A stretch of DNA of 64,000 nt from Deltaproteobacteria bacterium (GTDB lineage: Bacteria > Myxococcota > B64-G9): NCBI GenBank assembly GCA_019314375.1, contig JAFCZJ010000002.1, positions 6,904-70,903 on the forward strand, given 5' to 3'. A program made the position numbers and the translations under genes. This document shows, piece after piece, positions 27,826 through 38,500 of this stretch. How positions within the stretch are numbered: position 1 is the first letter of the stretch; each line of letters starts with the position of its first letter. The notes beneath the pieces were generated by a model. It had not been told where the DNA came from, made no database searches, and saw nothing but the letters and a program-made list of their open reading frames with translations.

Positions 27826-27919
27826 GTTTCTTGAATTTTTGACGGCCAAGGGGCGCGATGAACTCAGGGTGGAGATCGAGAATCCCCCCGTCCCCGGAAT
27901 TCCTGTGAAACTTCGATGA

Positions 27920-29626
27920 TCAGTTCAAGCAGTTCGAATCCGGGCTGAAGAGGCAGTCGAAGTCGTCGCAGTCGACGAAATTGTCCCCGTCGTTGTCGAT
28001 GCCATCGTCGCATTCGCCGGTGACTTCGTGGGGACCGCAGACGGTCACGTCTACGTTGAAGAGGCAGCTGTGGTCGTCGCAGTCGATGAAGTTATCTCCG
28101 TCGTTGTCCTCATCGTCGCTGCACAGTTCGTCGGTGGCTTCGGCGTCCCGGCACACGTCGATGTAGATGTTACGGGAGCAACTCCAATCCTCGCAGTCGG
28201 TGCGGCCATTGTTGTCGTTGTCGATGCCGTCCGTGCACAGCGCAGCCGTGATCTCGGGCTCGGGGCGACCGCCGCCGCAGACGTCGGTGTTATCGCAGTC
28301 CCAGTCGTCGCAGTCGGTGAAGTTGTCGTTGTCGTTGTCGATGCCGTCTGAGCACAGGGCCTCGGTATTTTCCGCATCGCCACCACCGCCGCCGCAGACG
28401 TAGGTGTTATAGCAGTCCCAGTCGTCGCAGTCGGTGAAGTTGTCGCCATCGTTGTCCTGGCCGTCTGAGCACAGGGCGTCGGTGTTTTCCACGTCGCCAC
28501 CGCCGCCGCCGCAGACGCTGGTGTTGTCACAGTCCCAGTCGTCGCAGTCGGTGAAGTTGTCGCCGTCGTTGTCCTGGCCGTCTGAGCACAGGGCGTCGGT
28601 GTTTTCCACGTCGCCACCGCCGCCGCCGCAGACGTCGGTGTTGTCGCAATCCCAGTCGTCGCAGTCGGTGAAGTTGTCGCCGTCGTTGTCCTGGCCGTCT
28701 GAGCACAGGGCTTCGGTGTTTTCCACGTCGCCACCGCCGCCGCCGCAGACGCTGGTGTTATCGCAATCCCAGTCGTCGCAGTCGGTGAAGTTGTCGCCGT
28801 CGTTGTCTTGGCCGTCTGAGCACAGGGCGTCGGTGTTTTCCACATCGCCACCGCCGCCGCCGCAGACGTCGGTGTTGTCGCAATCCCAGTCGTCGCAGTC
28901 GGTGAAGTTGTCGCCGTCGTTGTCCTGGCCGTCTGAGCACAGGGCGTCGGTGTTTTCCACGTCGCCACCGCCGCCGCCGCAGACGTCGGTGTTATCGCAA
29001 TCCCAGTCGTCGCAGTCGGTGAAGTTGTCGCCGTCGTTGTCTTGGCCGTCTGAGCACAGGGCCTCGGTGTTTTCCACGTCGCCACCGCCGCCGCCGCAGA
29101 CGTCGGTGTTGTCGCAGTCCCAGTCGTCGCAGTCGGTGAAGTTGTCGCCGTCGTTGTCCTGGCCGTCTGAGCACAGGGCTTCGGTGTTTTCCACGTCGCC
29201 ACCGCCGCCGCAGACGCTGGTGTCATCGCAGTCATAGTCGTCGCAGTCGGTGAAGTTGTCGCTGTCGTTGTCCTGGCCGTCTGAGCACAGGGCGTCGGTG
29301 TTTTCCACGTCGCCACCGCCGCCGCAGACGCTGGTGTTGGCGCAATCACTGTCGCCGCAGTCGATGGCGTTGTCGCCGTCGTTGTCCTGGCCGTCTGAGC
29401 ACAGGGCGTCGGTGTTTTCTACGTCGCCACCGCCGCCGCAGACGCTGGTGTTGGCACAATCACTGTCGTCGCAGTCAAACTGTCCGTCGCCGTCGTTGTC
29501 CAGCTGATCCGAACAGCGCGTGTCGGTATTTTCGGGAGTAGGCGTGGATTGAATCTGGCCGCAACCCGCGGAACCGAGAACGAGAAGTCCAGCCAGGATG
29601 GAGATGAGGATAAATTGAGTTTTCAT
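27920..29626 (-). CDS. Repeat lipoprotein, 14 x ~39-aa CxDGxDNDxDxxxDCxDxDC (MopE-like putative metal/Ca-binding) units
   Basis: Lipobox (LVLGSAGCGQ). Repeats are of the form DVENTDALCSDGQDNDGDNFTDCDDWDCDNTDVCGGGGG. The motif resembles the C.DG.DNDCDG putative metal-binding motif common in myxobacterial proteins. Confidence 0.7.
   Translation of the reverse strand: MKTQFILISILAGLLVLGSAGCGQIQSTPTPENTDTRCSDQLDNDGDGQFDCDDSDCANTSVCGGGGDVENTDALCSDGQDNDGDNAIDCGDSDCANTSVCGGGGDVENTDALCSDGQDNDSDNFTDCDDYDCDDTSVCGGGGDVENTEALCSDGQDNDGDNFTDCDDWDCDNTDVCGGGGGDVENTEALCSDGQDNDGDNFTDCDDWDCDNTDVCGGGGGDVENTDALCSDGQDNDGDNFTDCDDWDCDNTDVCGGGGGDVENTDALCSDGQDNDGDNFTDCDDWDCDNTSVCGGGGGDVENTEALCSDGQDNDGDNFTDCDDWDCDNTDVCGGGGGDVENTDALCSDGQDNDGDNFTDCDDWDCDNTSVCGGGGGDVENTDALCSDGQDNDGDNFTDCDDWDCYNTYVCGGGGGDAENTEALCSDGIDNDNDNFTDCDDWDCDNTDVCGGGRPEPEITAALCTDGIDNDNNGRTDCEDWSCSRNIYIDVCRDAEATDELCSDDEDNDGDNFIDCDDHSCLFNVDVTVCGPHEVTGECDDGIDNDGDNFVDCDDFDCLFSPDSNCLN
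27960..29520 (-). repeat. 117-bp (114-bp in N-terminal copies) coding tandem repeat, central copies near-identical
   Basis: The string ccagtcgtcgcagtcggtgaagttgtcgcc recurs at 28418, 28535 and 28652 (checked by counting), and the same repeat is visible continuing at 117-bp spacing to about 29120. Confidence 0.85.
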
Positions 29627-29718
29627 GGATGCCTCTTCTGGTTTGAGGGAAACACCGGATATTTCCTAGTTTTGCACGAGAACAGGGCGTTTTCAATAAG
29701 GTCCAGGCGCCTCTAACC

Positions 29719-29739
29719 TCGAATTCCTTTGGAATTCGA
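29719..29739. promoter_or_regulatory. Perfect 9-bp inverted repeat TCGAATTCC-TTT-GGAATTCGA
   Basis: Lies between the amidase gene stop (29816) and the repeat-lipoprotein start (29626), both on the minus strand. No U-tract, so it may be an operator or a weak terminator. Confidence 0.25.
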
Positions 29740-29815
29740 CATAAGAAGCTCTACTGGAGCATTGATTGCTTTCCTTCTTGAGTCATCGGTATTGGTCGTC
29801 CCGACGCTAGAGCTT

Positions 29816-32296
29816 CTAAGGTTCGAAGGTCCCATTTTGGATCATGGCGTAAATCACATCGCCCGGACAGCTCGTCGCCTTGAGATCCCGGTGACCATTG
29901 ACCTCCAGGAAGTCGCTGTTTCCGGCGGCCGCGGCGGTGGCGCGAATCTTGGCCACCAGGTTGCGAACACCGGCGATCTGATCCTCGGTCGGAACGGACC
30001 AGGTGTTGGGCAGCGCGAGCATGATGGAGTAACTCGGGACGTTGACCGCCTGATTGCCATTGGCGGCACAGCGATAGTCAAATCCCCGGATCTCCCACTC
30101 ATCGCCGTCCATGCTCACCGCGCTGTTGTACCCCAGGGAGTAGCCCCGGTTGATGACGTAGTCCAGTTGAGAGTTTCTCAGAAGCTGTGGAATGTCCGAG
30201 ACATTGACCCCGTCGGCGCCGATGTAGTGAAGCGTGATGTAGCGTAAAGCGTTGATGTCCATCCAGGCGGTGGAAGACACCGGATAGGCCGGGTCCTGCC
30301 ACTCGGTCCGGTCGTGGTAGGGATAGCTCGGTGCCGCAATGCAAGCGTCCTGCTGACAGAGATAGCCACAGGCCGTGACCGCGTGTCCGTAGTCGCAGGT
30401 CCCTCTGAGACAGCTCCCTGATGGGGCATAGCTGATCAGGTCGACCATCCCACTGCAGCCGATGAAGGGCGGGTTCACGCAGCTTTGCGCCGAGCAGCAA
30501 GAGTCCATCCCGGGCCAATAGCCCTGCACATCCACCAAAAGCCGGGTGGCACCAAGCTGATAGAAACAGACCTCGCCGTTGTCGCCGATTTTCGAGATCA
30601 CGCCATTGGTGGTGCTTTTCCCGATGGGATGGTTCAGGTTGGAGCTCACCGGCCGCTGGGCGCCCTTGGGGAACACGGTGATGAAGCCCTGCTCGGAGGG
30701 ATTGACGGCGGTGAGCGTGAAGGCGACGGCCTGGGCATCGGAAGGGATGCCGTTGACCCCGGCCAGCTGAACACAGTTGGTGCTGTCTGCTGCGTAGGTC
30801 TCATCCAGCTTGCGGTAGGGAGTCACAGTCCGATAGGCCGCGTTCGATTCGAAGAAGCCGGTGACATCCACGATGAAATGGGTTTGGGCTGTCGTTTGGA
30901 TGCAGATTTTTTGGTCCGCGCCGATCTGGACGATGCTTCCGTTGGCCGTGGCCTGGCTCGCCCCGAAGCTGAGGGAACGGGTCGGGGGAGCAGCAGCGCC
31001 GCTGGCGAAAGCGCTCATGGAACCGTCCGCCTCGGGCAAGACGGAGGTCATCACCAAAGAGACTGCCTTGGCGTCCGCCGGAACGCCGTTGATGCCGGCG
31101 ACGGTCAGGCAGGTGGTGGAGTTGGCGGCGGGCTTGGTTCCAGCCCTGGTGTCCACCAGTCGATAGGGCGTCTGCGCATGAAAGGCCTCGGGCTCGACGG
31201 TGTAGCCGAAGACATCGATGATGAGGTGCGTGGGCGAGAGGGTATAGACCGTAATCTTCTTGTCGGTCCCCACCTTGACGAAGAAGGTGTTCCCCGTGAC
31301 TTGATCGGCGGCGTAGTTCAGCACCGAGGCGTCCGGCGTGGATGCGCCGCTGTTATAAGCCGTGATGAAACCGTTTGCTTCCGGGGCGACCACCGTGAAT
31401 CTCACCACCACGGACTGGGCATTGTCCGGGATGCCGTCCCGACCGGCCATCTCGAAGGAATTCAGGCTCCCGGCCTGAAGCTTCTCTCCGCTCCGGGTGT
31501 CAAGCCTGCGAAAGGAGGTCGTGGGCGACAACTGGTAGTCGCAGACGCTGGTGCAGCTGCAGGTGCTCACATCGCAGAAGCCGTTGGGATCGGCGCAGGT
31601 GTCCGGACAGGCCTCCCCGCAGCCGTCATCTCCACAGCAGCGTTCGGCACAATTGGGCACGCATTCCTCGTAGCAAGCACCGTTGTCGTCACAGATCTGC
31701 GTGCCGGGGCATTCGCCACAGTCTGCTAAGCTGGAGCAGCCGTCCGGCCAGGCGCCGCATTCCTTGTCCAAAGACGCGCAGCTTTGTGGCGTGCAGGCTC
31801 CTGTGCATTCGCAAGAGTCCTCTTCGCAGACTTGCCCGGTGTCGGCGCACAGGTCTAGACAGACCCCGCCACAGCCGTCGGCACCGCAGCAGCGTCCGGC
31901 ACAATCGGGCACGCATTCCGCATGGCAGGCACCGTTGGCGTCACAACTCTGCCCCCCGGGACACTCGCCGCATTCTGCTAAGCTGGAGCAGCCGTCCGAC
32001 CAGTTTCCACACTCCTTGCCCAGATCCGCGCAGGTCCTCGGGATGCATGTGCCGGTGCAGGCGCAGGACTCCTCGTCACATACCTGCCCGGTGTTGGCGC
32101 ACAGGTCCGGACAGACCCCACTGCAATCGTCCGTTCCGCAACAGAGCCCGCTGCAGTCCGGTTCACAGAATTCGTTAGTGGCATCCTCGCCGCAGGCCTG
32201 CATGAGGCCGGCCAGTCCGACGAGCAGCGGCAGGAGGAACAGGCCGAGGAGCCGGAGAGACCTGGGCGCGCTTCTTCGGATTTGCGTTTTCATCAA
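29816..32296 (-). CDS. Secreted N-acetylmuramoyl-L-alanine amidase (Amidase_2/PGRP-type) with Cys-rich and repeated beta-domain modules
   Basis: Signal peptide, then ~2.5 copies of an ~84-aa Cys-rich unit. Four ~100-aa repeats follow (RRLDTRSG...GIPDNAQSVVV..TVV.P...GFITAY..G...P..S.LN......ANG.....G....I......THLI.DV.GY). The C-terminus ITLHYIGADG...NGHRDLKATSCPGD matches Amidase_2. Confidence 0.75.
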   Translation of the reverse strand: MMKTQIRRSAPRSLRLLGLFLLPLLVGLAGLMQACGEDATNEFCEPDCSGLCCGTDDCSGVCPDLCANTGQVCDEESCACTGTCIPRTCADLGKECGNWSDGCSSLAECGECPGGQSCDANGACHAECVPDCAGRCCGADGCGGVCLDLCADTGQVCEEDSCECTGACTPQSCASLDKECGAWPDGCSSLADCGECPGTQICDDNGACYEECVPNCAERCCGDDGCGEACPDTCADPNGFCDVSTCSCTSVCDYQLSPTTSFRRLDTRSGEKLQAGSLNSFEMAGRDGIPDNAQSVVVRFTVVAPEANGFITAYNSGASTPDASVLNYAADQVTGNTFFVKVGTDKKITVYTLSPTHLIIDVFGYTVEPEAFHAQTPYRLVDTRAGTKPAANSTTCLTVAGINGVPADAKAVSLVMTSVLPEADGSMSAFASGAAAPPTRSLSFGASQATANGSIVQIGADQKICIQTTAQTHFIVDVTGFFESNAAYRTVTPYRKLDETYAADSTNCVQLAGVNGIPSDAQAVAFTLTAVNPSEQGFITVFPKGAQRPVSSNLNHPIGKSTTNGVISKIGDNGEVCFYQLGATRLLVDVQGYWPGMDSCCSAQSCVNPPFIGCSGMVDLISYAPSGSCLRGTCDYGHAVTACGYLCQQDACIAAPSYPYHDRTEWQDPAYPVSSTAWMDINALRYITLHYIGADGVNVSDIPQLLRNSQLDYVINRGYSLGYNSAVSMDGDEWEIRGFDYRCAANGNQAVNVPSYSIMLALPNTWSVPTEDQIAGVRNLVAKIRATAAAAGNSDFLEVNGHRDLKATSCPGDVIYAMIQNGTFEP

Positions 32297-32389
32297 GACC
32301 GCCCCTTTGAGAGAGGTTTCTGCGGAATCCCATGGCTAAGAGGATAGCGCCCGGACTTGGATTTTCGCAAGTGCTGGAGAAATCACATT

Positions 32390-32419
32390 TGGGTCAAGGT
32401 GGGTGGTTTGTTTGACCCA
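32390..32419 (+). promoter_or_regulatory. Inverted repeat TGGGTCAA-N14-TTGACCCA (candidate enhancer/UAS)
   Basis: Perfect 8-bp arms centred about 87 bp upstream of the sigma54 -24 element. A5/T5 tracts lie between the repeat and the promoter. Confidence 0.35.
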
Positions 32420-32489
32420 GGGGTCCGAAACGACCCACCCCGGGGTCCCCAAAAACGACCGAAACGTTGGGTTTTTGGTGCGGGGTTTT

Positions 32490-32505
32490 TGGCACCCCCT
32501 TTGCT
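32490..32505 (+). promoter_or_regulatory. sigma54 (-24/-12) promoter
   Basis: TGGCAC-ccccT-TTGCT matches TGGCAC-N5-TTGCW with canonical GG..GC spacing. It lies 51 nt upstream of ATG 32557, which has an AGGAGG RBS. Confidence 0.55.
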
Positions 32506-32556
32506 TACCCATGACCTGTCGAGATCAAACCAAGGCCATCTATCCAGGAGGATGTC

Positions 32557-35500
32557 ATGCCAGCGCGAAGAAAATTAAGAGAAGATGGAAAAGCGTTTGC
32601 TGTTGTAATTTTGTTGGTTTTCTCCGCCATTACATTATTTTTCGGATCTTGCCAGTCGGAAGACTCGGTTGATCTGGAGAGCATGAGCCAAGCAATCCTG
32701 GGCGACAACGACGATGATGGCATTCTCGACGAGTTCGACCTGGACGACGACAACGACGGCATCCTCGATAGCGTGGAATGCCCCAGCCAGACCCTGGCGG
32801 GCTCCGACTTTTGGGTGACCTTCAATCCAAACTACGACACGACGGGGGCTTTTGAGCTTTACGTGGCGGGTGACGAGGGGACAGAGGTGACGGTGGACGG
32901 AGGAGCCCCGGTGGCCATCGACGCCACTGGTTTTCTTCAATTGACATATACCCCTTACGAATTGAGCGACGGCGTAAACAGCGGCAGAGCCATGCGTGTG
33001 AGCAGCAACGGGCCCATTCAACTCTTTGCCAACAACTATAGGGAATACACGGTGGATGCTTTCACCGTGCTGCCCGACGGTCTCCTCGGTACCGAATACT
33101 ATGCGGTGGGATATACTCCGACCGTCGGCAATCAGATTTCGGTCACCGCTACCGAGGACAACACCTCGGTTACGATTGGATCGGACGCTGCGGTCCTTTT
33201 AGACGCAGGGCAAACGCTTTTCAGAGCCCCGGCCGGCGACGTGACGGGCACCCACATCGTGGCCGACAAGCCCGTTTCCGTCAACACGGGGGATAAGTGC
33301 CTGAACACCGGCGCTGGCGCTTGCGATCACGTCGAGGAGCAACTCTTCCCGGTGGCGGCCTGGGCGAGCGAGTACTATGTGCCGGACATTCCCCAGAATC
33401 AGCAGTTTAGGGTGATCGCGGCTACGGACGGCACGATAGTTAACGTCAACGGCAGCGTGGCGGCCACCCTCAATGCGGGACAATACTATTCTTCCAGCAT
33501 CGCGCCGGCCTACGTGGTTACCAGCGAACCCACAGAGGTTTACATCATCGCCATGGGAGAAAGCTCGACTGGCGATCCAGCCTTCATTCTCCTGCCCGGT
33601 GCCTCTAACGGTGTCGGCAACGCCACTTTCGGTGCCCTGAAGTCGGACAATGTCAACACGGTCATTGTCGTGATCCCAACAGCGGCAACGGGCACGCTCT
33701 TGCTGGACGGCGCTCCCGTCACGCAGACCTTCGTGCCCATTCCGGGCACCACGGTCTCCTATGTGCAAATTCCGGTGGCGTACGGCACCCACACGCTCGT
33801 GGCCGATCAGGCTTTCATCCCCATCTCCTGGGGGGAGAAGAGTGCTGAGTCCTACGGTTACGTGGCGGGATACGGCTTCCCGTCTGAGCCGGGCACCTGC
33901 GGCACGGACACGGATGGCGACGGCATCCCCGATTCCTTTGATCTCGACAGTGACGGCGACGGCATCTGCGATGTGGTCGAGGCCGGCGGCGTGGATGACA
34001 ACGGCGACTGCATCGCCGACGGTCCCATCGACGGCGACGGCGTGCCCGACTCGGCGGGCGGAGGCACCGAGCCGCCGGACTCCGACGGCGACGGCACGCC
34101 CGACAATCAGGACACGGACTCGGACAATGACGGGGTGAACGACGATCTCGACTCGGCGGTCTTGGACCCCTTCGTCTGTCGGGATGTGGATGCGGATTCC
34201 TGCGACGATTGTTCGGTGACCGGGGCGGATGAGTCGGGTGGTGACGTGGCCAACGACGGCACGGACACCGACGGCGACGGCGTCTGCAACGACAGCGACA
34301 CCGATGACGACGGCGACGGCATCTTAGACGGCGTGGATAACTGTCCATTGACCCCCAATGCAGGCCAGGAAGACTTCGACAACGACGGGGAAGGGGACGC
34401 CTGCGACGTGGACGCGGACAACGACGGTTCGCCGGACGTGGACGACTCGGACGACGCCAACCCCAACGTGTGCTCCGACACCGATGGCGACAGCTGCGAG
34501 GACTGTATTTCGGGTCATTACGATCCGGCCAACGACGGCGCGGACTTGGACGGCGACGGCCTGTGTGACGCAGGTGACCCGGACGATGACGGCGACGGCG
34601 TGGACGACGGCAGCGACAATTGCCCCACGGTCGCCAATGCTGGCCAGGAAAACTTCGACGGGGACTCCATGGGCGACGCATGTGACCCGGACGACGACAA
34701 CGACGGTTCCCTGGATGGCGACGATTCCGACGACGCCAATGCCAATGTCTGCTCCGACACTGACGGTGACGGCTGCGAAGACTGCACTTCCGGTAGTTAC
34801 GATCCGACCGCAGATGGCGCGGACTTAGATGGTGACGGGCTCTGTGACGCAGGTGACCCGGATGACGACGGCGACGGCGTGGTCGATGGCAGCGACAACT
34901 GCCCCATGATCGCCAATGCCGGTCAGGAAAACTTCGACGGCGACACCGAAGGCGACGCCTGTGATGCCGATGACGACAACGACGGTTCCCTGGATGTCGA
35001 CGATTCGGACGATTTCAACGCCAATGTTTGCTCCGACAGCGACGGCGACACTTGCGATGACTGCTCCTCGGGAAGCTACGATCCTTCCAGTGACGGACCC
35101 GACAGCGACGGCGACGGCCTGTGTGACGTTGGCGATCCCGACGACGACGGCGACGGTGTGGATGACGGCAGCGACAACTGCCCCATGATCGCCAACGCCG
35201 GTCAGGAAAACTTCGATGGTGACGGCGCCGGCGATGCCTGCGATGCCGATGACGACAACGACGGCGCGCTGGATGGGGTGGATTCCGATGATTTCAACGC
35301 CAATGTTTGTTCCGACACCGATAGTGACGGCTGCGAAGACTGCTCCTCGGGCAGTTACGATCCTGCCAATGACGGCCTGGATTCAGACGGCGACGGACTG
35401 TGCGATGCCGGTGATAGCGATGATGACGGCGACGGCGTGGATGATGGGGTCGATAACTGCCCCATGATCGCCAACCCCGGACAAGAGAACTTCGACGGTG

Positions 35501-38500
35501 ACAGCCAGGGCGACGCCTGTGATGCCGATGACGACAACGACGGATCGTTGGATGGCGACGACTCGGACGATTTCAACGCCAATGTCTGCTCCGACACCGA
35601 CGGCGACTCCTGTGATGATTGCTCATCGGGCAGCTATGATCCCTCTTCTGATGGAGATGATCTGGATGGCGACGGCCTGTGCGATGCCGGCGACACGGAC
35701 GACGATGGCGACGGTGTTGCAGATGGCAGCGACAATTGCCCCATGGTGGCCAATGCGGGCCAGGAGAACTTCGACGGGGACTCCATGGGCGATGCCTGTG
35801 ACCCGGACGACGACAACGACGGTTCCTTGGATGGTGACGATTCCGACGACGCCAATGCCAATGTCTGCTCCGACACGGACGGCGACGGCTGCGAAGACTG
35901 TTCTTCCGGCAGCTATGACCCGGCCGACGACGGCGCGGACTTGGACGGTGACGGCCTGTGTGACTCGGGCGACGCCGACGACGACGGCGACGGCGTGGAC
36001 GACGGAAGCGACAACTGCCCCGTAATCGCCAATGCGGATCAGGCCAACTTCGACGGGGACTCCATGGGCGACGCCTGTGACCCGGATGACGACAACGACG
36101 GCTCGTTGGATGGAGATGACTCCAACGACAACAACCCCAATGTATGCTCCGACAGCGACGGCGACAGTTGTGATGACTGCTTATCGGGAAGCTATGACCC
36201 ATCTTCCGATGGTGATGATCTGGATGGTGACGGTCTGTGCGATACAGGTGACACGGATGATGATGGCGACGGTGTTGCAGATGGCAGCGACAACTGCCCG
36301 ATGATCGCCAACGCCGGCCAGGAAAATTTCGACGGGGACTCACAGGGCGATGCTTGTGACGCAGACGACGACAACGACGGCGCGCTGGATGGGGACGACT
36401 CGGACGATTTCAACGCCAATGTCTGTTCCGACCATGACGGCGACTCCTGCGATGATTGCTCTTCGGGCAGCTATGACCCGTCTTCCGATGGCGCGGACTT
36501 GGACGGTGACGGCCTGTGTGACGCGGGTGACACCGACGATGATGGCGACGGCGTGGACGACGGAAGCGACAATTGCCCCACGGTCGCCAATGCCGGCCAG
36601 AGCAACTTCGACGGCGACAGCCAGGGCGACGCCTGTGACCCGGATGACGACAATGACAGCGCGTTGGATGGGGACGACTCGGATGACTTCAATCCCAATG
36701 TTTGCTCCGACAGCGACGGCGACACTTGCGATGACTGCTCCTCGGGCAGCTACGACCCTGCCTCAGATGGCGTGGACTTCGACGGCGACGGCCTGTGCGA
36801 TGCCGGTGACCCGGACGACGACGGCGACGGCGTGGACGACGGCAGCGACAACTGCCCCATGATCGCCAACGCCGGCCAGGAGAACTTCGACGGTGACAGC
36901 CAGGGCGACGCCTGTGATGCCGATGATGACGACGACGGTGCGCTGGATGGTGACGACTCGGATGATTTCAATGCCAATGTCTGTTCCGACACCGATGGGG
37001 ATACCTGCGACGACTGCTCCTCCGGCACCTACGATCCGGCGGATGATGGCGTGGACTCAGACGGAGACGGCGCATGTGACGCGGGTGACGATGATACCGA
37101 TGGTGACGGTGTGGAAAACGCCGGCGATAACTGCCCCACGGTGGCCAACGCCGGCCAGGAGAACTTCGACGGGGACACCGAAGGCGACGCCTGCGACGCA
37201 GACGACGACAACGATGGGTCCTTGGATGTGGATGATTCGGATGCCTTCAATCCCATGGTTTGCTCCGACACGGATGGCGACGGCTGCGAAGACTGTTTTT
37301 CCGGAAGCTATGATCCGGCCGACGACGGCGCGGACTTGGACGGTGACGGCTTGTGTGACTCGGGCGACGCCGACGACGACGGCGACGGCGTGGACGACGG
37401 AAGCGATAACTGCCCCGTAATCGCCAACGCTGGCCAGGAGAACTTTGACGGCGACAGCCAAGGCGACGCTTGTGACGCAGACGACGACAACGATGGCGCG
37501 CTGGATGGAGATGACTCCGACGACAACAATCCCAATGTTTGCTCCGACACCGACGATGACGGTTGTGATGACTGCTCTTCTGGCAGCTACGATCCGTCTG
37601 CTGACGGCGTGGATTTCGACAGCGACGGGCTGTGCGATGCCGGTGACGCGGACGACGACGGCGACGGTGTGGACGACGGAAGTGACAACTGCCCGATGAT
37701 CGCCAACGCCGGCCAGGAGAACTTCGACGGGGACTCACAGGGCGACGCTTGTGACGCAGACGACGACAACGACGGCGCGTTGGATGAGGACGACTCGGAC
37801 GATTTCAACGCCAATGTCTGTTCCGACACGGACGGCGACTCCTGCGATGACTGCTCTTCGGGAATCTACGATCCGGCCGACGACGGCCTGGATACCGATG
37901 GCGACGGGGCCTGCGACGCAGGCGATGGTGACGACGACGAAGATGGTGTGGATGATGCAGAGGATAATTGTCCCTTGGTGGCCAATGCCGGCCAGGAGAA
38001 CTTCGACGGGGACGAAGAAGGCGACGCCTGCGACGCCGACGACGACAATGATGGGTCCTTGGATGTGGACGACTCGGACGATGCCAATCCCAATGTCTGC
38101 TCGGATACCGATGAAGATACCTGCGATGATTGCAGCTCGGGCATCTATGACCCGGCGGAAGACGGTCTGGACTTGGACGGTGACGGAGTCTGTGATGCAG
38201 GTGACGCCGACGACGACGATGACGGCGTGGACGATGACAGCGACAACTGCCCGGAGCTGGCCAACCCCGGACAAGAGAACTTTGACGGTGACAGCCAAGG
38301 CGACGCCTGCGACCCGGATGACGACAACGACGGCGCGCTGGATGGGGATGACTCCGACGATCTCAATCCCAATGTCTGTTCCGATACCGATGGGGATACC
38401 TGCGATGACTGCTCCTCGGGCATCTACGATCCTGCCTTAGACGGTGTAGACACCGATGGCGACGGCATCTGTGATGCCGGCAGCCAGGACGACGACGGTG

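Noticed and set aside
27619-27849. 76-aa minus-strand ORF (..ALFIGYFSHLMALFIGYFSHLM..)
   Set aside because: Its repetitive peptide is just the translation of the 33-bp DNA repeat. There is no convincing RBS. It is kept only as an alternative explanation in the corresponding finding.
28051-29349. 432-aa (TTATTSPTATT-rich) and 267-aa (SPSLSWPSEHRASVFS-rich) ORFs in other frames of the 117-bp repeat
   Set aside because: These are alternate-frame read-through of the tandem repeat. Only the frame giving the lipobox plus CxDGxDNDxD units has a signal peptide and a biologically sensible motif.
27672-29520. Possible CRISPR array (regular direct repeats)
   Set aside because: The 33-bp units abut each other with no unique spacers. 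The 117-bp units are in-frame coding repeats. No cas genes are present in the window.
33815-38423. Many 80-290-aa Arg-rich or Ser/Pro-rich ORFs on both strands within the giant gene, recurring every 279 nt
   Set aside because: Their periodic recurrence simply mirrors the 279-bp coding repeat. They have no starts with an RBS and extremely biased composition.
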